Assembly: GCA_021513695.1 (NCBI GenBank)
Contig: CP084166.1
Coordinates: 1,920,001 to 1,984,000 of the forward strand
DNA from: Candidatus Heimdallarchaeum aukensis
Lineage (GTDB): Archaea > Asgardarchaeota > Heimdallarchaeia > Heimdallarchaeales > Heimdallarchaeaceae
Direction of reading: 5' to 3'
DNA: 64,000 nt
Below, one piece after another: positions 39,954 to 50,525 of the stretch. Within the stretch, counting starts at the first letter, position 1, and each line of letters opens with the position of its first letter. Below the pieces are notes generated by a model, which saw only the letters and a program-made list of their open reading frames with translations, was not told where the DNA came from and did not search any database. The translations under genes and the position numbers were made by a program.

Positions 39954-40988
39954 ATGTCAATTGAAATATCTAATTTAACAAAAATTTACAAAGTAAAAGG
40001 AAGAGATATTATAGCACTAAATAACATTACCTTGTCCATTAAAGAAGGGGAGTTTGTTGGACTTCTAGGACCAAATGGGGCTGGAAAAACAACATTAACA
40101 AAAATATTAGCAACATTGGTATCACCAGATCATGGAACAGCTTTTATTGATAATATAAATATTAAAAATTCTAAAAAAATAAGGCAACTTATTGGGCCTC
40201 TTTTCGGAGAAAATGGAGGTCGGAGCTTGTATTATAGGCTGTCAATATATGACAATTTAATTTTTTATTCAAGTTTAGCCGGTGTTCCAAAAAAAATTGC
40301 AAAAAAAAGGATTAATGCTCTTTTAGATTATTTTGATCTAGATAAATATAGAGACGTATTAGTAATGAAATTGAGCACAGGAATGAAAACAAAAGTATTA
40401 TTTATTAGAACTCTCATACCCAATCCAAAGATATTACTGTTAGATGAACCAACACTTGGTTTTGATGCAAATACTTCAGATAAAGCTAGAAAAATTTTAG
40501 AATATTTCAATAAAAAATTCAAGACAACTATTATTCTTACAAGCCATAATTTTTTAGAAGTAGACAGCTTAACAAAACGCATTGTTCTAATTGATAAAGG
40601 AAAAATAATAAAAGATTGTGCTCCTGAATCTTTTAAACAACTAGCATCTAAAAATTTCATTGACATTCATTTTTCTATGCAAAAATTCAATAAGGAAATC
40701 TTTTCAGCATTAGTTTCACAAGTTGTTGGGGGACAACTAGTCAAAATAAAAAAAAGTGAAATAAAGAAAAATGTCCATATTTTTAATGCACGAATTTTGG
40801 CTAAGAAATTCCCAATCAATGAAACAATTGCACTATTAAATAGGATGATTGTAGAAAGGAGAGGAAAAGTGTTTCAACTACAACCATACCAACCATCATT
40901 GAAAGAGGCATTTTTAGCTTATCTAAATTCTAGTGAAAAAAAGTATGAGGAAAACATGGAACAAAAAATAAAGATTACTAATTGGTGA
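39954..40988 (+). CDS. ABC transporter ATP-binding protein
   Basis: Walker A GPNGAGKTT, signature LSTGMKTK and Walker B LLLDEPT. Confidence 0.85.
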   Translation: MSIEISNLTKIYKVKGRDIIALNNITLSIKEGEFVGLLGPNGAGKTTLTKILATLVSPDHGTAFIDNINIKNSKKIRQLIGPLFGENGGRSLYYRLSIYDNLIFYSSLAGVPKKIAKKRINALLDYFDLDKYRDVLVMKLSTGMKTKVLFIRTLIPNPKILLLDEPTLGFDANTSDKARKILEYFNKKFKTTIILTSHNFLEVDSLTKRIVLIDKGKIIKDCAPESFKQLASKNFIDIHFSMQKFNKEIFSALVSQVVGGQLVKIKKSEIKKNVHIFNARILAKKFPINETIALLNRMIVERRGKVFQLQPYQPSLKEAFLAYLNSSEKKYEENMEQKIKITNW

Positions 40989-40992
40989 GAAA

Positions 40993-41856
40993 ATGGTTAA
41001 TGTAGAGGAAATTCTACCCTTTTTCGTTGATAAGTCAAAAAAATATAACTTTTTTCAAAAAATTAAAGCCATAATTGGAGCTAAAATAAAAACAGCTTTA
41101 AACTATAAAAGTGCATTTTTCATGACTTTGTTTTTAAATATAATATATATCTTCATGTTTTATTTTTTTGGAGAAAACAATATTTCTATTGAAATTCATG
41201 GAGTGTCAATTACATACTTTCAATATGCCTTTGTTGGTCTATCTCTCCAGATGGTAGTAGGAACGGCTTTAGCTTCTACAGAGCAAAATATTCTGCAAGA
41301 AATTATTACTGGAACCTGGTCATCTACTTTTTTCTACTTTAATATTGTAGAATACGCATTAGGAACATCAATAGCAGGAATATTTTTGTCTTCATTTTCT
41401 ATATTGATATCATATGTTATAGCAACAGTTTTTCTAAAGATACCATTTTGGTTTTCCATTAATTTTACTATTTATTTAATTATCCTTTTCTTTTTAATAA
41501 TGCTGTCTTATATATCAATTAGCATATTTTTCAGTTCTTTTTCTATTTGGTACAAAAAGAATATTGGAATAACAAAAATGTTCTATGAATTAACAAAAGC
41601 TTTTACAGGAATCACTTTTCCAATAATTTTGCTGAAAGGATATCCTGTTGCGTGGTTCTTTTCTAGAATAATGCCTTTGACATATGGTCTAAAAGGGATA
41701 TATGCAGTTTTATTTCTAGATAATTTTGATAAGTCAGTCTTAGTAAACGCATCCATTTTGGGAGGATTTACTTTTATTATCGGAGTAATTGGAGTGGTCA
41801 TGGTAAACTTAAGTTTAAGAAAAATAAGAAAGGAAGGAAGTGTATCAATTTATTAG
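40993..41856 (+). CDS. ABC-2 type transporter permease
   Basis: 287 aa with 6 TM helices, immediately downstream of the ABC ATPase. Confidence 0.55.
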   Translation: MVNVEEILPFFVDKSKKYNFFQKIKAIIGAKIKTALNYKSAFFMTLFLNIIYIFMFYFFGENNISIEIHGVSITYFQYAFVGLSLQMVVGTALASTEQNILQEIITGTWSSTFFYFNIVEYALGTSIAGIFLSSFSILISYVIATVFLKIPFWFSINFTIYLIILFFLIMLSYISISIFFSSFSIWYKKNIGITKMFYELTKAFTGITFPIILLKGYPVAWFFSRIMPLTYGLKGIYAVLFLDNFDKSVLVNASILGGFTFIIGVIGVVMVNLSLRKIRKEGSVSIY

Positions 41857-41868
41857 GAGATAAACACT

Positions 41869-42756
41869 ATGTATGAAAGTTTGGAAGAGATAGGAAAAGT
41901 TTTTTCTACAAAACAGATAAAGATCCAATCAATAATCTCTGGATTCAGTGCAATCTTTAAAAGAAATATTTCAATAATAGCAAAATACAAACTAAAAATT
42001 TTCAACTCGTTTTTGAATAGTTTTATTGCATATTCAATGTATTTTTTTGTTTCTTTATTATTACCAAAGAAAGTAATAGCTACAGAAAGCTATACTGTTT
42101 CTGGTGTTTCTTATATTTTTTCTGGATTATTAATTGCATCATACGGTACTACAATCTTAGGAGCAGGATTAGGATCTTTAACTAATGAAATGAGACAAGG
42201 TACTTTTGAATCAATAGTTTTAACACCATATGGCCTTAAAAAATATATTATTATAGAAATAATTTCAGAGGTAATATATTATTCATTTCAGAATATCATC
42301 TTTCTTTTTCCAATTTTGTTAATTTACCCTTTTACAAGCAGTTTAACAAGTTTTACACTAAAAACGATTATGACACTAATAATTTTATTGCTTGCTTACA
42401 TACTATTCATGTCAATTCTTACATTAACATCATCTTTAATAGTTGTAGTATTAAAAAGAGGAAGAGAAATTGCTTTGGCAATTTCAGGCCTACTACACTT
42501 TTTGGGAGGAATTTTGTATCCAATATCAGTTTTCCCAAAATTTCTTCAAGCCATAGCTTTAGCTTCACCGTTAACACAGGCCATATCAGCTTTCAGAGAG
42601 ATATTATTTACTGGTGCAGTGCTAACAAACACAACAGTTTGGAGTGCAATTATTATATTACTGGTTTACGCTTGTGTATTAGTATGTTCATTCAATTGGT
42701 TATACAAAAAAGTCTACTTAATAGTGCAGAAAAAAGGCTCAATATCTCATTATTAG
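41869..42756 (+). CDS. ABC-2 type transporter permease (second)
   Basis: 295 aa with 6 TM helices, in the same operon. Confidence 0.55.
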   Translation: MYESLEEIGKVFSTKQIKIQSIISGFSAIFKRNISIIAKYKLKIFNSFLNSFIAYSMYFFVSLLLPKKVIATESYTVSGVSYIFSGLLIASYGTTILGAGLGSLTNEMRQGTFESIVLTPYGLKKYIIIEIISEVIYYSFQNIIFLFPILLIYPFTSSLTSFTLKTIMTLIILLLAYILFMSILTLTSSLIVVVLKRGREIALAISGLLHFLGGILYPISVFPKFLQAIALASPLTQAISAFREILFTGAVLTNTTVWSAIIILLVYACVLVCSFNWLYKKVYLIVQKKGSISHY

Positions 42757-42831
42757 CTTTTTAAAGTTCTTTATACGCTTTAGATAATTATTAACATTAA
42801 ACCACAATCTAGAAAAAATAAATCAGTACAT

Positions 42832-43140
42832 TCATTGTACTGCATTCAATATGTCACTATCTCCTGTTTCATAAATAGTTAAAGCAGAAACAAAATGTGG
42901 TCTTCCACAAGTAGCACCAAGATCTAATGTTGAACTAGGAAATGTTAAAACGGGTGTATTTGACATTTTTGCGTAATATTCAATATCAGATTTTACATTT
43001 TTTGGTGTATTTTCTGCAATAATAACTAATTTAGCTTTATTGTTTAATAGTGCATTAATAGCTGATTTTGCACCAAAATCAACTTTACCCGTATCTACGG
43101 CGATTCTAATACTCCGGTTTAAATCCATCTCATTATTCAC
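42832..43140 (-). CDS. rpl30e: ribosomal protein L30e (eL30)
   Basis: 102 aa with the KLVIIAENTP...YYA...PV...LGATCGRP pattern. Confidence 0.8.
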   Translation of the reverse strand: MNNEMDLNRSIRIAVDTGKVDFGAKSAINALLNNKAKLVIIAENTPKNVKSDIEYYAKMSNTPVLTFPSSTLDLGATCGRPHFVSALTIYETGDSDILNAVQ

Positions 43141-43381
43141 CTTGATTGGACTGTTAGATTTTTAGTTATAAAGATTATTAATAATGACAAAATTTTGGCA
43201 ATAATTATTATTCTAAATCCGAGTCTTCTTTTATTTCTTTCAATATCTAGAAAATAATGTTCTAATAAAGCTAGTTACAATCTTAACAATAAGAAATTCA
43301 AACAAAAAATTAACAAAAAACGTTTATCTCGTAGTGCGAAATGTTTAAAAGAACCAATGTTTTTCAAAAAATGAGAATATT

Positions 43382-43816
43382 ATGACGAAAAGATTACCGT
43401 GGATACTTCCGGGCATAAGAAGACCTAAATTTAATCTTCATCAAGTAACATTTCGAATACCCACTGAAATTCCACAAAGTGTTTGGTATTTTATAGTATA
43501 TGGAATAATATTTTACATTTTCAGTGGTGGAGCTTATGATATCGTCAATAAAGATTATATTGCTCCATTGGGAAGTGGATCGCAAGGACAACCTCTTTTT
43601 GTTTATCCTGCCACACAAGCACAATTTCTTATTGAAGGAATAGTAGCTGGTTTTATCATTGCCTTTGCAGCTTTAAGTTTATACTTATTTGATTATGCAA
43701 CAAGATTTACCTTTGATGTGAACACGGCACAAAAAATTGAAGTAATAGCTTCAATATTTGTTTTAATCTGGTATGTTGTTATAGTGCTTTTATACAAGAA
43801 AAAAACAGGAGGATAA
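43382..43816 (+). CDS. membrane protein (hypothetical)
   Basis: 144 aa with 3-4 hydrophobic helices. Confidence 0.4.
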   Translation: MTKRLPWILPGIRRPKFNLHQVTFRIPTEIPQSVWYFIVYGIIFYIFSGGAYDIVNKDYIAPLGSGSQGQPLFVYPATQAQFLIEGIVAGFIIAFAALSLYLFDYATRFTFDVNTAQKIEVIASIFVLIWYVVIVLLYKKKTGG

Positions 43817-43931
43817 TTTTTTTTCATATTTTTTTCTCGTTTAATTTTTTCATTAATCAAAATGTTCAAAAGACTGCACTCGAGAGTGCAATTAGCCTTA
43901 TGAAAACTACATTTACAAAGGTGCTTAATGA

Positions 43932-46643
43932 ATGAGTGAGAAATACGTCTATAGATTTTTTTCAAAAGAAAAATGTGAAGGTTCTGCAGAAATGAAAAGC
44001 TTATTGGGAGGCAAAGGAGCAAATCTTGCCCAGATGACTAGTTTAGGTCTACCTGTACCTCCAGGCTTTGTGATTTCTACAAAAGCTTGTTTACATTTTC
44101 TAGCTAATAACAATGAGTATCCCGAAGGGTTAAGCGAACAAATAGAAGAAGCATTGACTGAATTAGAACAAGTCAATGGTAAAAAATTAGGAGATAATGA
44201 AGATCCACTCCTAGTTTCTGTAAGAAGTGGTGCTGCAATATCAATGCCTGGAATGATGGATACTGTACTTAATCTAGGACTAAATGATGTATCAGTCGAA
44301 GGATTAGCAAAGAAGACTAATAACCCACGTTTTGCTTACGACGCATATAGACGTTTTATTTATATGTTCGCAGATGTTGTAATGGGTCTCTCTAAAGATT
44401 ATTTTGAAAAAGAATTAGAAAAGATGAAAGAAAAACAAGGAGTGAAATTCGATTCAGAACTTAGTGCAGAATCACTAAAGGAACTGGTTGAGATAAATAA
44501 AAAAGTATATGAGGAGCATCTAGGAGAGCCATTTCCACAAGATCCAAAAGAACAATTAGATAAAGCAATAAGAGCAGTATTTAATAGCTGGAACAATAAA
44601 AGAGCTATTGATTACCGCAATTATCATGGAATTAGCCATGATCTAGGAACAGCAGTAAATGTCCAAACTATGGTTTTTGGAAATATGGGGGATGACTCTG
44701 CAACAGGTGTTGCATTTACAAGAAATCCTTCTACTGGAGAAAAACAAGTTTATGGTGAATATTTAGTAAATGCTCAAGGTGAAGATGTAGTTGCAGGAAT
44801 TCGAACTCCTGAACCAATAAGCCACTTAAAAGATCATATGCCAGAAGTTTACAATCAATTAATAGAACTAGCTCAATTGTTAGAAAATAGATATAGAGAT
44901 ATGCAAGACATGGAGTTTACTATTCAACAAGGAAAACTATATCTTCTACAAACAAGAAATGGAAAAAGAACAGGTATAGCCGCAGGAAAAATTGCTTATG
45001 ATCTAGTACAAGAAGGATTAATAACTAAAGAAGAAGCAATATTGAGAATTAGTGCAAGTGACGTAGACAATTGTCTGTTTCCTAGCATTAATTGGGCTCA
45101 AATAAATCCAAATGCTCCAATAAAAAGCATAAAAGCAGAATTAAAGAAGAGGCAACTTGGAAAAGGATTACCTGCCGGAGCTGCAGCTGCTTGTGGAATT
45201 GCATATTTTACAGCTGATGGAGCAAAAGAAGCTGCAGACAGAGGAGAAGATACAATACTAATTAGAGTAGAAACAACTCCAGAAGATTTTCATGGTATGG
45301 CTGCATCAAAAGGAATTCTAACAATGAAAGGGGGATTAACTTCACACGCAGCAATAGTAGCTAGACAAATAGGAAAAGCATGTATTGTTGGTAGTGAAAG
45401 AGGAGGAATAACTATTGATCTTGAAGCTAAAGAAGTTCGTGGAAATGGACTAGTAGTCAAAGAAGGAGAATGGATAACAATTGATGGAACAGATGGAGCA
45501 ATCTACCAAGGAAAACTACCAACTACTCCAGCAGAATTACCAGAAGGAATGCAAAAAATACTTGAATGGGCAGATGAATACGCAAAATTAAAAGTAAGAG
45601 CAAACGCAGATAAGCCAGACCAATTCAGAAAAGCAATAGAATTTGGAGCAACGGGAATAGGATTATGCAGAACAGAGCATATGTTCTTTGACCACTTAGA
45701 CATAGTAAGAGAAATGATATTAGCACGTTCTGAAGAGGAAAGAAAAATAGCAGTAGATAAACTAGAACCATTCCAAGAAAAAGATTTCGAAGGATTATTC
45801 GAAGCAGCAGAAGGAAGACCAGTAATAATCAGATTAATTGATCCACCATTGCATGAGTTTCTACCAAGTGAAGAAGAATTACTAATAGAGATTTATGAAG
45901 CAAGATTAGCAGGAAAAACAGAAGAAGATCTTAAAGAACAATACAACATGCTAGAACACGTACGTCTAATGAAAGAACAAAACCCAATGCTTGGACTAAG
46001 AGGATGCAGACTAGGAATAACTATGCCTATAGTAACAGAAATGCAAAGTAGAGCAATATTCAGAGCAGCTGCAAAAGTTAAGAAAAAAGGAATAGAAGTG
46101 ATGCCAGAAGTAATGGTACCCTTAGTAGGATTTGAAACAGAGTTTAAACATCAAAGAAAAATAATCGATAGAATAGCTAAAGAAATAATGGAAAAAGAAG
46201 GAGTAGAATTCAAATATCTAGTAGGAACAATGATAGAAGTACCAAGAGCAGCAATAACAGCAGCAGATATAGCAAAAGGAGAAAAAGGAGCAGAATTCTT
46301 CAGCTTCGGAACAAATGATCTACATCAAATGACACTAGGATTTAGCAGAGATGATGCAGGGCCATTTATTAACAAGTACCTAAGTTTAGACATAATGCCA
46401 GCAGACCCATTCGTAACAATAGACCAGGTGGGCGTAGGAAGACTAATGCAACTATGTGTAAGTGAAGGAAGGTTAACAAAACCAGATCTGGAAATAGGCA
46501 TATGCGGGGAACAAGGTGGTGAACCAAAATCAATTGAATTCTGCCACAAAATAGGATTAAATTATGTTTCTTGCAGTCCTTTCCGTGTCCCAATAGCCAG
46601 ACTTGCTGCTGCTCATTCCGCATTAAAAGATACAAAGAAATAA
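43932..46643 (+). CDS. ppdK: pyruvate, phosphate dikinase
   Basis: N-terminal GGKGANLAQMTSLGLPVPPGF; phosphohistidine region GGLTSHAAIVARQIG; C-terminal PEP-utilising domain. 903 aa. Confidence 0.9.
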   Translation: MSEKYVYRFFSKEKCEGSAEMKSLLGGKGANLAQMTSLGLPVPPGFVISTKACLHFLANNNEYPEGLSEQIEEALTELEQVNGKKLGDNEDPLLVSVRSGAAISMPGMMDTVLNLGLNDVSVEGLAKKTNNPRFAYDAYRRFIYMFADVVMGLSKDYFEKELEKMKEKQGVKFDSELSAESLKELVEINKKVYEEHLGEPFPQDPKEQLDKAIRAVFNSWNNKRAIDYRNYHGISHDLGTAVNVQTMVFGNMGDDSATGVAFTRNPSTGEKQVYGEYLVNAQGEDVVAGIRTPEPISHLKDHMPEVYNQLIELAQLLENRYRDMQDMEFTIQQGKLYLLQTRNGKRTGIAAGKIAYDLVQEGLITKEEAILRISASDVDNCLFPSINWAQINPNAPIKSIKAELKKRQLGKGLPAGAAAACGIAYFTADGAKEAADRGEDTILIRVETTPEDFHGMAASKGILTMKGGLTSHAAIVARQIGKACIVGSERGGITIDLEAKEVRGNGLVVKEGEWITIDGTDGAIYQGKLPTTPAELPEGMQKILEWADEYAKLKVRANADKPDQFRKAIEFGATGIGLCRTEHMFFDHLDIVREMILARSEEERKIAVDKLEPFQEKDFEGLFEAAEGRPVIIRLIDPPLHEFLPSEEELLIEIYEARLAGKTEEDLKEQYNMLEHVRLMKEQNPMLGLRGCRLGITMPIVTEMQSRAIFRAAAKVKKKGIEVMPEVMVPLVGFETEFKHQRKIIDRIAKEIMEKEGVEFKYLVGTMIEVPRAAITAADIAKGEKGAEFFSFGTNDLHQMTLGFSRDDAGPFINKYLSLDIMPADPFVTIDQVGVGRLMQLCVSEGRLTKPDLEIGICGEQGGEPKSIEFCHKIGLNYVSCSPFRVPIARLAAAHSALKDTKK

Positions 46644-46678
46644 TCACTTTTTTCTTCTTTTTTATTAGATTAAATTTT

Positions 46679-47737
46679 TTATTTTAAGAGTTTTAAAAGG
46701 ATTTTTTTTCTATTTTCAGTTTCTTCAGAAAAATATTCTGGAAATTTTTCTTTTATTTCGTTTTTCCATTCTTTTTTAGAGATAGAATTAGAAAATTTGA
46801 ATGGAAACAACTCATTAGCTATTTTAAACAGGCGTGCTTGCTCAATATAGCTAAAGAAATCTTTTTTGTTTGTTTTTGTCAAAGAAATGCCTATCTGGTG
46901 GTGGTTACCTTTTTTTCTTATTTTTGCTTTAATCCCAACTTCTGATAAGAGTTTTATCAGATACTTTTGTTCTTCAAACGTAAAGTTATTTGTACATAAG
47001 GATAAATCAGTACCTGAAAAATAACCGTCGTCAATATACCAAAATAATAAAACAGTTGGTGTTAGAGTAAGATCTTTTTTCAAAACCTTTTTTGTTTTAC
47101 CTAATTTATTTGAATACCAATTTTCCCAATAACTAAAAAATTCTACAGAGGAAGAAGTATCAAAGCCACAAGACCATTTTATTGATTCTGTATTACTCGG
47201 TTTAACAAATACCTTTAGTTTCGTAAAACTGCTAAATAGAGGAATAAGAGTTTTAATCCACTGAAACTCTAATATAGATTTATGGATTCTTAATGCAGCA
47301 GTATTTACTTTTGAGATTTTAGATACACATTTATTCCAATTAGAGATATCTGTGTTAGTTATAGCTTTTCCTTCATTTACTTTCTTTCTTAATTTTTCGG
47401 CTCTATCCAATAAACGGAGATATTCTGACAAAAGAGGTTGCTTCTTACTCGCTTGCAATTTTGTTTGCAATCGTAAATTTGCGTCTCCCAACATCATTCC
47501 TTCAATGATTTCTTGTATCTCTAAAGGGATAGGATGTGTAAATTCCTTGTTAATATGGTTTCTAGTTTTCGTCCAAAGTGAACCAGGAAAAGGTATTTTC
47601 AAACCCATTGAAGTTAAAAGAGGTTTTATAGTTCTTGGATCTTTATTCAATTCTTTTCCAATTACCTTTATTCCCTTTAATTCACCAACATACATTTTTA
47701 ACAGTTTTTTTTGTATTTCTGTTATTTCTAATGTCAT
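46679..47737 (-). CDS. free-standing LAGLIDADG-family endonuclease-like protein
   Basis: Motif 1 IEGMMLGDANLR and motif 2 LLFWYIDDGYFSG. 352 aa, host-like AT-rich codon usage. It is wedged between ppdK and nadE. Confidence 0.5.
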   Translation of the reverse strand: MTLEITEIQKKLLKMYVGELKGIKVIGKELNKDPRTIKPLLTSMGLKIPFPGSLWTKTRNHINKEFTHPIPLEIQEIIEGMMLGDANLRLQTKLQASKKQPLLSEYLRLLDRAEKLRKKVNEGKAITNTDISNWNKCVSKISKVNTAALRIHKSILEFQWIKTLIPLFSSFTKLKVFVKPSNTESIKWSCGFDTSSSVEFFSYWENWYSNKLGKTKKVLKKDLTLTPTVLLFWYIDDGYFSGTDLSLCTNNFTFEEQKYLIKLLSEVGIKAKIRKKGNHHQIGISLTKTNKKDFFSYIEQARLFKIANELFPFKFSNSISKKEWKNEIKEKFPEYFSEETENRKKILLKLLK

Positions 47738-47891
47738 AGTAATTTCTTTCCTGTTGAAAACTGCAGATTTAACTACTTAATGCCCGGGTATTTATTTTCA
47801 ATAAGCTATTTATTATTAACTTAATTTATTCTAACTGTTCAAAAAAAGATTATACCAAATGACTTTATAATACAATTATTAATTTTTATCT

Positions 47892-49577
47892 ATGAAAGTG
47901 GCTATTGCACAAATCAACCCCACAGTTGGAGATTTAGAAAGGAATTACAAAAAAATTGTCAATTATACTAAAGAAGCTTATGAAAATGGTGCAAACATAG
48001 TTATTTTTCCAGAAGGATCTATACCTGGTTATCCAGCCAATGATTTAATGTTAGAAAAATCATTCATTAGGGAAAACAAGAATTATCTGATGAAAGCTGT
48101 AAACGAAAGTCCAGATATTGTTACCATTGTAGGGTTTATTGATTATAACCAAGAATACAAGCTCTATAATTGTGCAGCGATATATAAGTCTGGAAAAATA
48201 ATAGGAACCATAAAAAAGACTTTACTTCCAACATATGATGTTTTTGATGAGTTAAGATATTTTATTCCAGCAAAAAGAGAAGAGATAAAACCTGTAAAAG
48301 TTGAAATTGGAGGGAAAACGATTAATCTGGGGGTTGAAATTTGTGAAGATCTATGGGATCATGATTATGAAACCAAAGTAACAGAATTACTTGTTGAAAG
48401 AGGAGCTGAACTTATAATAAATATCTCTGCTTCACCATATTTTGTAGGAAAAGGAATTGAAAGAGAAGAATTAATCAAAGAAAAAGTTAGAAAAACGAAC
48501 ACACCCTTTGTTTATTGTAACTTAGTGGGAGGACAAGATGAGCTAGTATTCGATGGGCAAAGTTTGATAGTAAATAAAAATGCTCAAACAATCTATTATG
48601 GAAAAAAGTTTGAGGAAGAGTTATCCATAATAGAATTAGATTTAGAAAGAGGTAATGAAAAACCTGAAGAAAGACCTCTATACAATAGAGAGGAAGAGTT
48701 TTACAATGCTATAGTCTTAGGAATAAGAGATTATTTTAGGAAAACAGGCTTTAAGAAAGCAATTTTAGGATTAAGTGGAGGGATTGATTCATCTTTAGTA
48801 GCTTGTTTAGCATGTGACGCATTAGGAAAGAACAATGTAATAGGAGTATCCATGCCTTCAAAATACTCTAGTGACCATAGTAAAAGTGACGCAGAGCAAC
48901 TAGCAAATAATTTAGGAATAGTATATCTTAAATTTTCAATCCAAGACATTGTTGACATGTATTCAAGAGTTCTAGAAGAGCCATTAAAAAAAGTAAGAGA
49001 ATATTATAAAGTGTCAGAAGAAGAGGATAACAGTGTAGCAGATGAAAATATACAGCCAAGAGTAAGAGCGAACTGTTTAATGGATTTTTCAAATAGATTA
49101 TCAAAATTAGGTATTCTCGTTTTAAACACAGGAAATAAAACAGAATTAGCATTAGGATATTGCACAATATATGGAGATATGACAGGGGGACTAAGTGTAA
49201 TAGGAGATGTAAATAAATTAGATGTATATAAACTTGCAAAATATGTTAATATAAGAGAGAAAAAAGAGATCATACCAGAAAATGTATTCAGAAAAAAACC
49301 TTCTGCAGAACTAAAAGAAAATCAATATGACCCATTCAATTTTGATATAGTAAGTCCATTAGTAGATGAAATAATTGAAAACAGGAGAACAAAAAAAGAA
49401 TTAGAAGAAATGGGTTATCCTAGGGAAGAAATAGATAACGTGTATGAAAGAATAAGAAAAGCAGAATATAAGAGATGGCAAGCTCCGCCAACAATAAAAG
49501 TAACAAAAAGAGCTTTTGGAATAGGTTGGAAAATGCCAATAGTAAACAAATATACTGACAAATACGAAGAAGTGTAA
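47892..49577 (+). CDS. nadE: glutamine-dependent NAD+ synthetase (nitrilase domain + NAD synthase domain)
   Basis: N-terminal CN-hydrolase domain (VAIAQINPTVGD...) and the PP-loop LGLSGGIDSS. Confidence 0.9.
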   Translation: MKVAIAQINPTVGDLERNYKKIVNYTKEAYENGANIVIFPEGSIPGYPANDLMLEKSFIRENKNYLMKAVNESPDIVTIVGFIDYNQEYKLYNCAAIYKSGKIIGTIKKTLLPTYDVFDELRYFIPAKREEIKPVKVEIGGKTINLGVEICEDLWDHDYETKVTELLVERGAELIINISASPYFVGKGIEREELIKEKVRKTNTPFVYCNLVGGQDELVFDGQSLIVNKNAQTIYYGKKFEEELSIIELDLERGNEKPEERPLYNREEEFYNAIVLGIRDYFRKTGFKKAILGLSGGIDSSLVACLACDALGKNNVIGVSMPSKYSSDHSKSDAEQLANNLGIVYLKFSIQDIVDMYSRVLEEPLKKVREYYKVSEEEDNSVADENIQPRVRANCLMDFSNRLSKLGILVLNTGNKTELALGYCTIYGDMTGGLSVIGDVNKLDVYKLAKYVNIREKKEIIPENVFRKKPSAELKENQYDPFNFDIVSPLVDEIIENRRTKKELEEMGYPREEIDNVYERIRKAEYKRWQAPPTIKVTKRAFGIGWKMPIVNKYTDKYEEV

Positions 49578-49607
49578 TAGAGTAGAAAAAGAAAAGAAGG
49601 AAAAAAG

Positions 49608-50240
49608 ATGTTGGAAGAAATAGTTAAACAATGTCTGAAAAGAGGAAATTTAACACATATTGTAGGGCCACCAAAATCAGGAAAAAATACACTGTTATAT
49701 CATTTGGTATCAAAAGTGCGTAAAGGAGAGAAGGCAATAATTATTGATGCAGAAATAAGCGTGAGTGTTCAAAGACTTATAGAAATAACAAAATTCAAAG
49801 AAATCGAACTAGAAAGAATAATAATAATACAAACAAAAAATAGTTATGAGCAACACAAAACAGTGTTAAACCTGCATAATTTGATAGGTAGTAGAAAAAT
49901 AAAATTCATAGCAATAAATGGAATAACAAACCATTTCAGAAATAACGGAATAAAAATAGGAAAAGCAAATAAATACAATATTTTAGCCCTTCAAGTAGCA
50001 TATCTGAAAGAATTCGCAAAAAAAATGAAAATAGCAGTAATTGTAACAAATCAAATGAAAGGAGAAAGGGATAAATTCAGAGCTAGTATGGGGATAGTGG
50101 GTAAAAAAATCTTTGAAAAATATGTTGACACAACATTCGAAATTAATCAAGTAAATGAAAAATTATGGTCAATAAATAGCGATAAGAATTTTAGAAGTTT
50201 ATATTTAATCACAGAAGAAGGAATAAAGGTTTTAGATTAA
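49608..50240 (+). CDS. RecA-superfamily ATPase (RadB/KaiC-like)
   Basis: Walker A GPPKSGKNT. 210 aa. Confidence 0.5.
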   Translation: MLEEIVKQCLKRGNLTHIVGPPKSGKNTLLYHLVSKVRKGEKAIIIDAEISVSVQRLIEITKFKEIELERIIIIQTKNSYEQHKTVLNLHNLIGSRKIKFIAINGITNHFRNNGIKIGKANKYNILALQVAYLKEFAKKMKIAVIVTNQMKGERDKFRASMGIVGKKIFEKYVDTTFEINQVNEKLWSINSDKNFRSLYLITEEGIKVLD

Positions 50241-50260
50241 AATAAGCAATTAAGAAAATC

Positions 50261-50367
50261 TGGAGCCCCGAGGGGGGATTTCAAGCTTTTGCTCACAACA
50301 AAGAGCTATTTGAACCCCCGACCTTTACCTTACCAAGGTAACGCTCTACCAGCTGAGCTATCGAGGC
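50261..50367 (-). tRNA. tRNA-Thr (anticodon GGT) with a ~30-nt intron in the T arm (about 50278..50307), CCA encoded
   Basis: Reverse complement gcctcga-ta-gctc...gagc-g-ttacc-ttggtaa-ggtaa-aggtc-ggggg-ttcaaat-[intron]-ccccc-tcggggc-t-cca. A T-arm intron position is non-canonical. Confidence 0.55.
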
Positions 50368-50525
50368 TCGTAGTTGTTTCCTTAAGATAATTTATCCTTA
50401 ACGGATTTTCATCTCGAATATTTTTTAAACCTTATGATTGAGAATATTCCAATTTCCTCAAAGGGCGAAAACTCTAAATATAGTTCTTTTTATTTGCACT
50501 CAAAACAAGTATAAAGGAGATTCTA

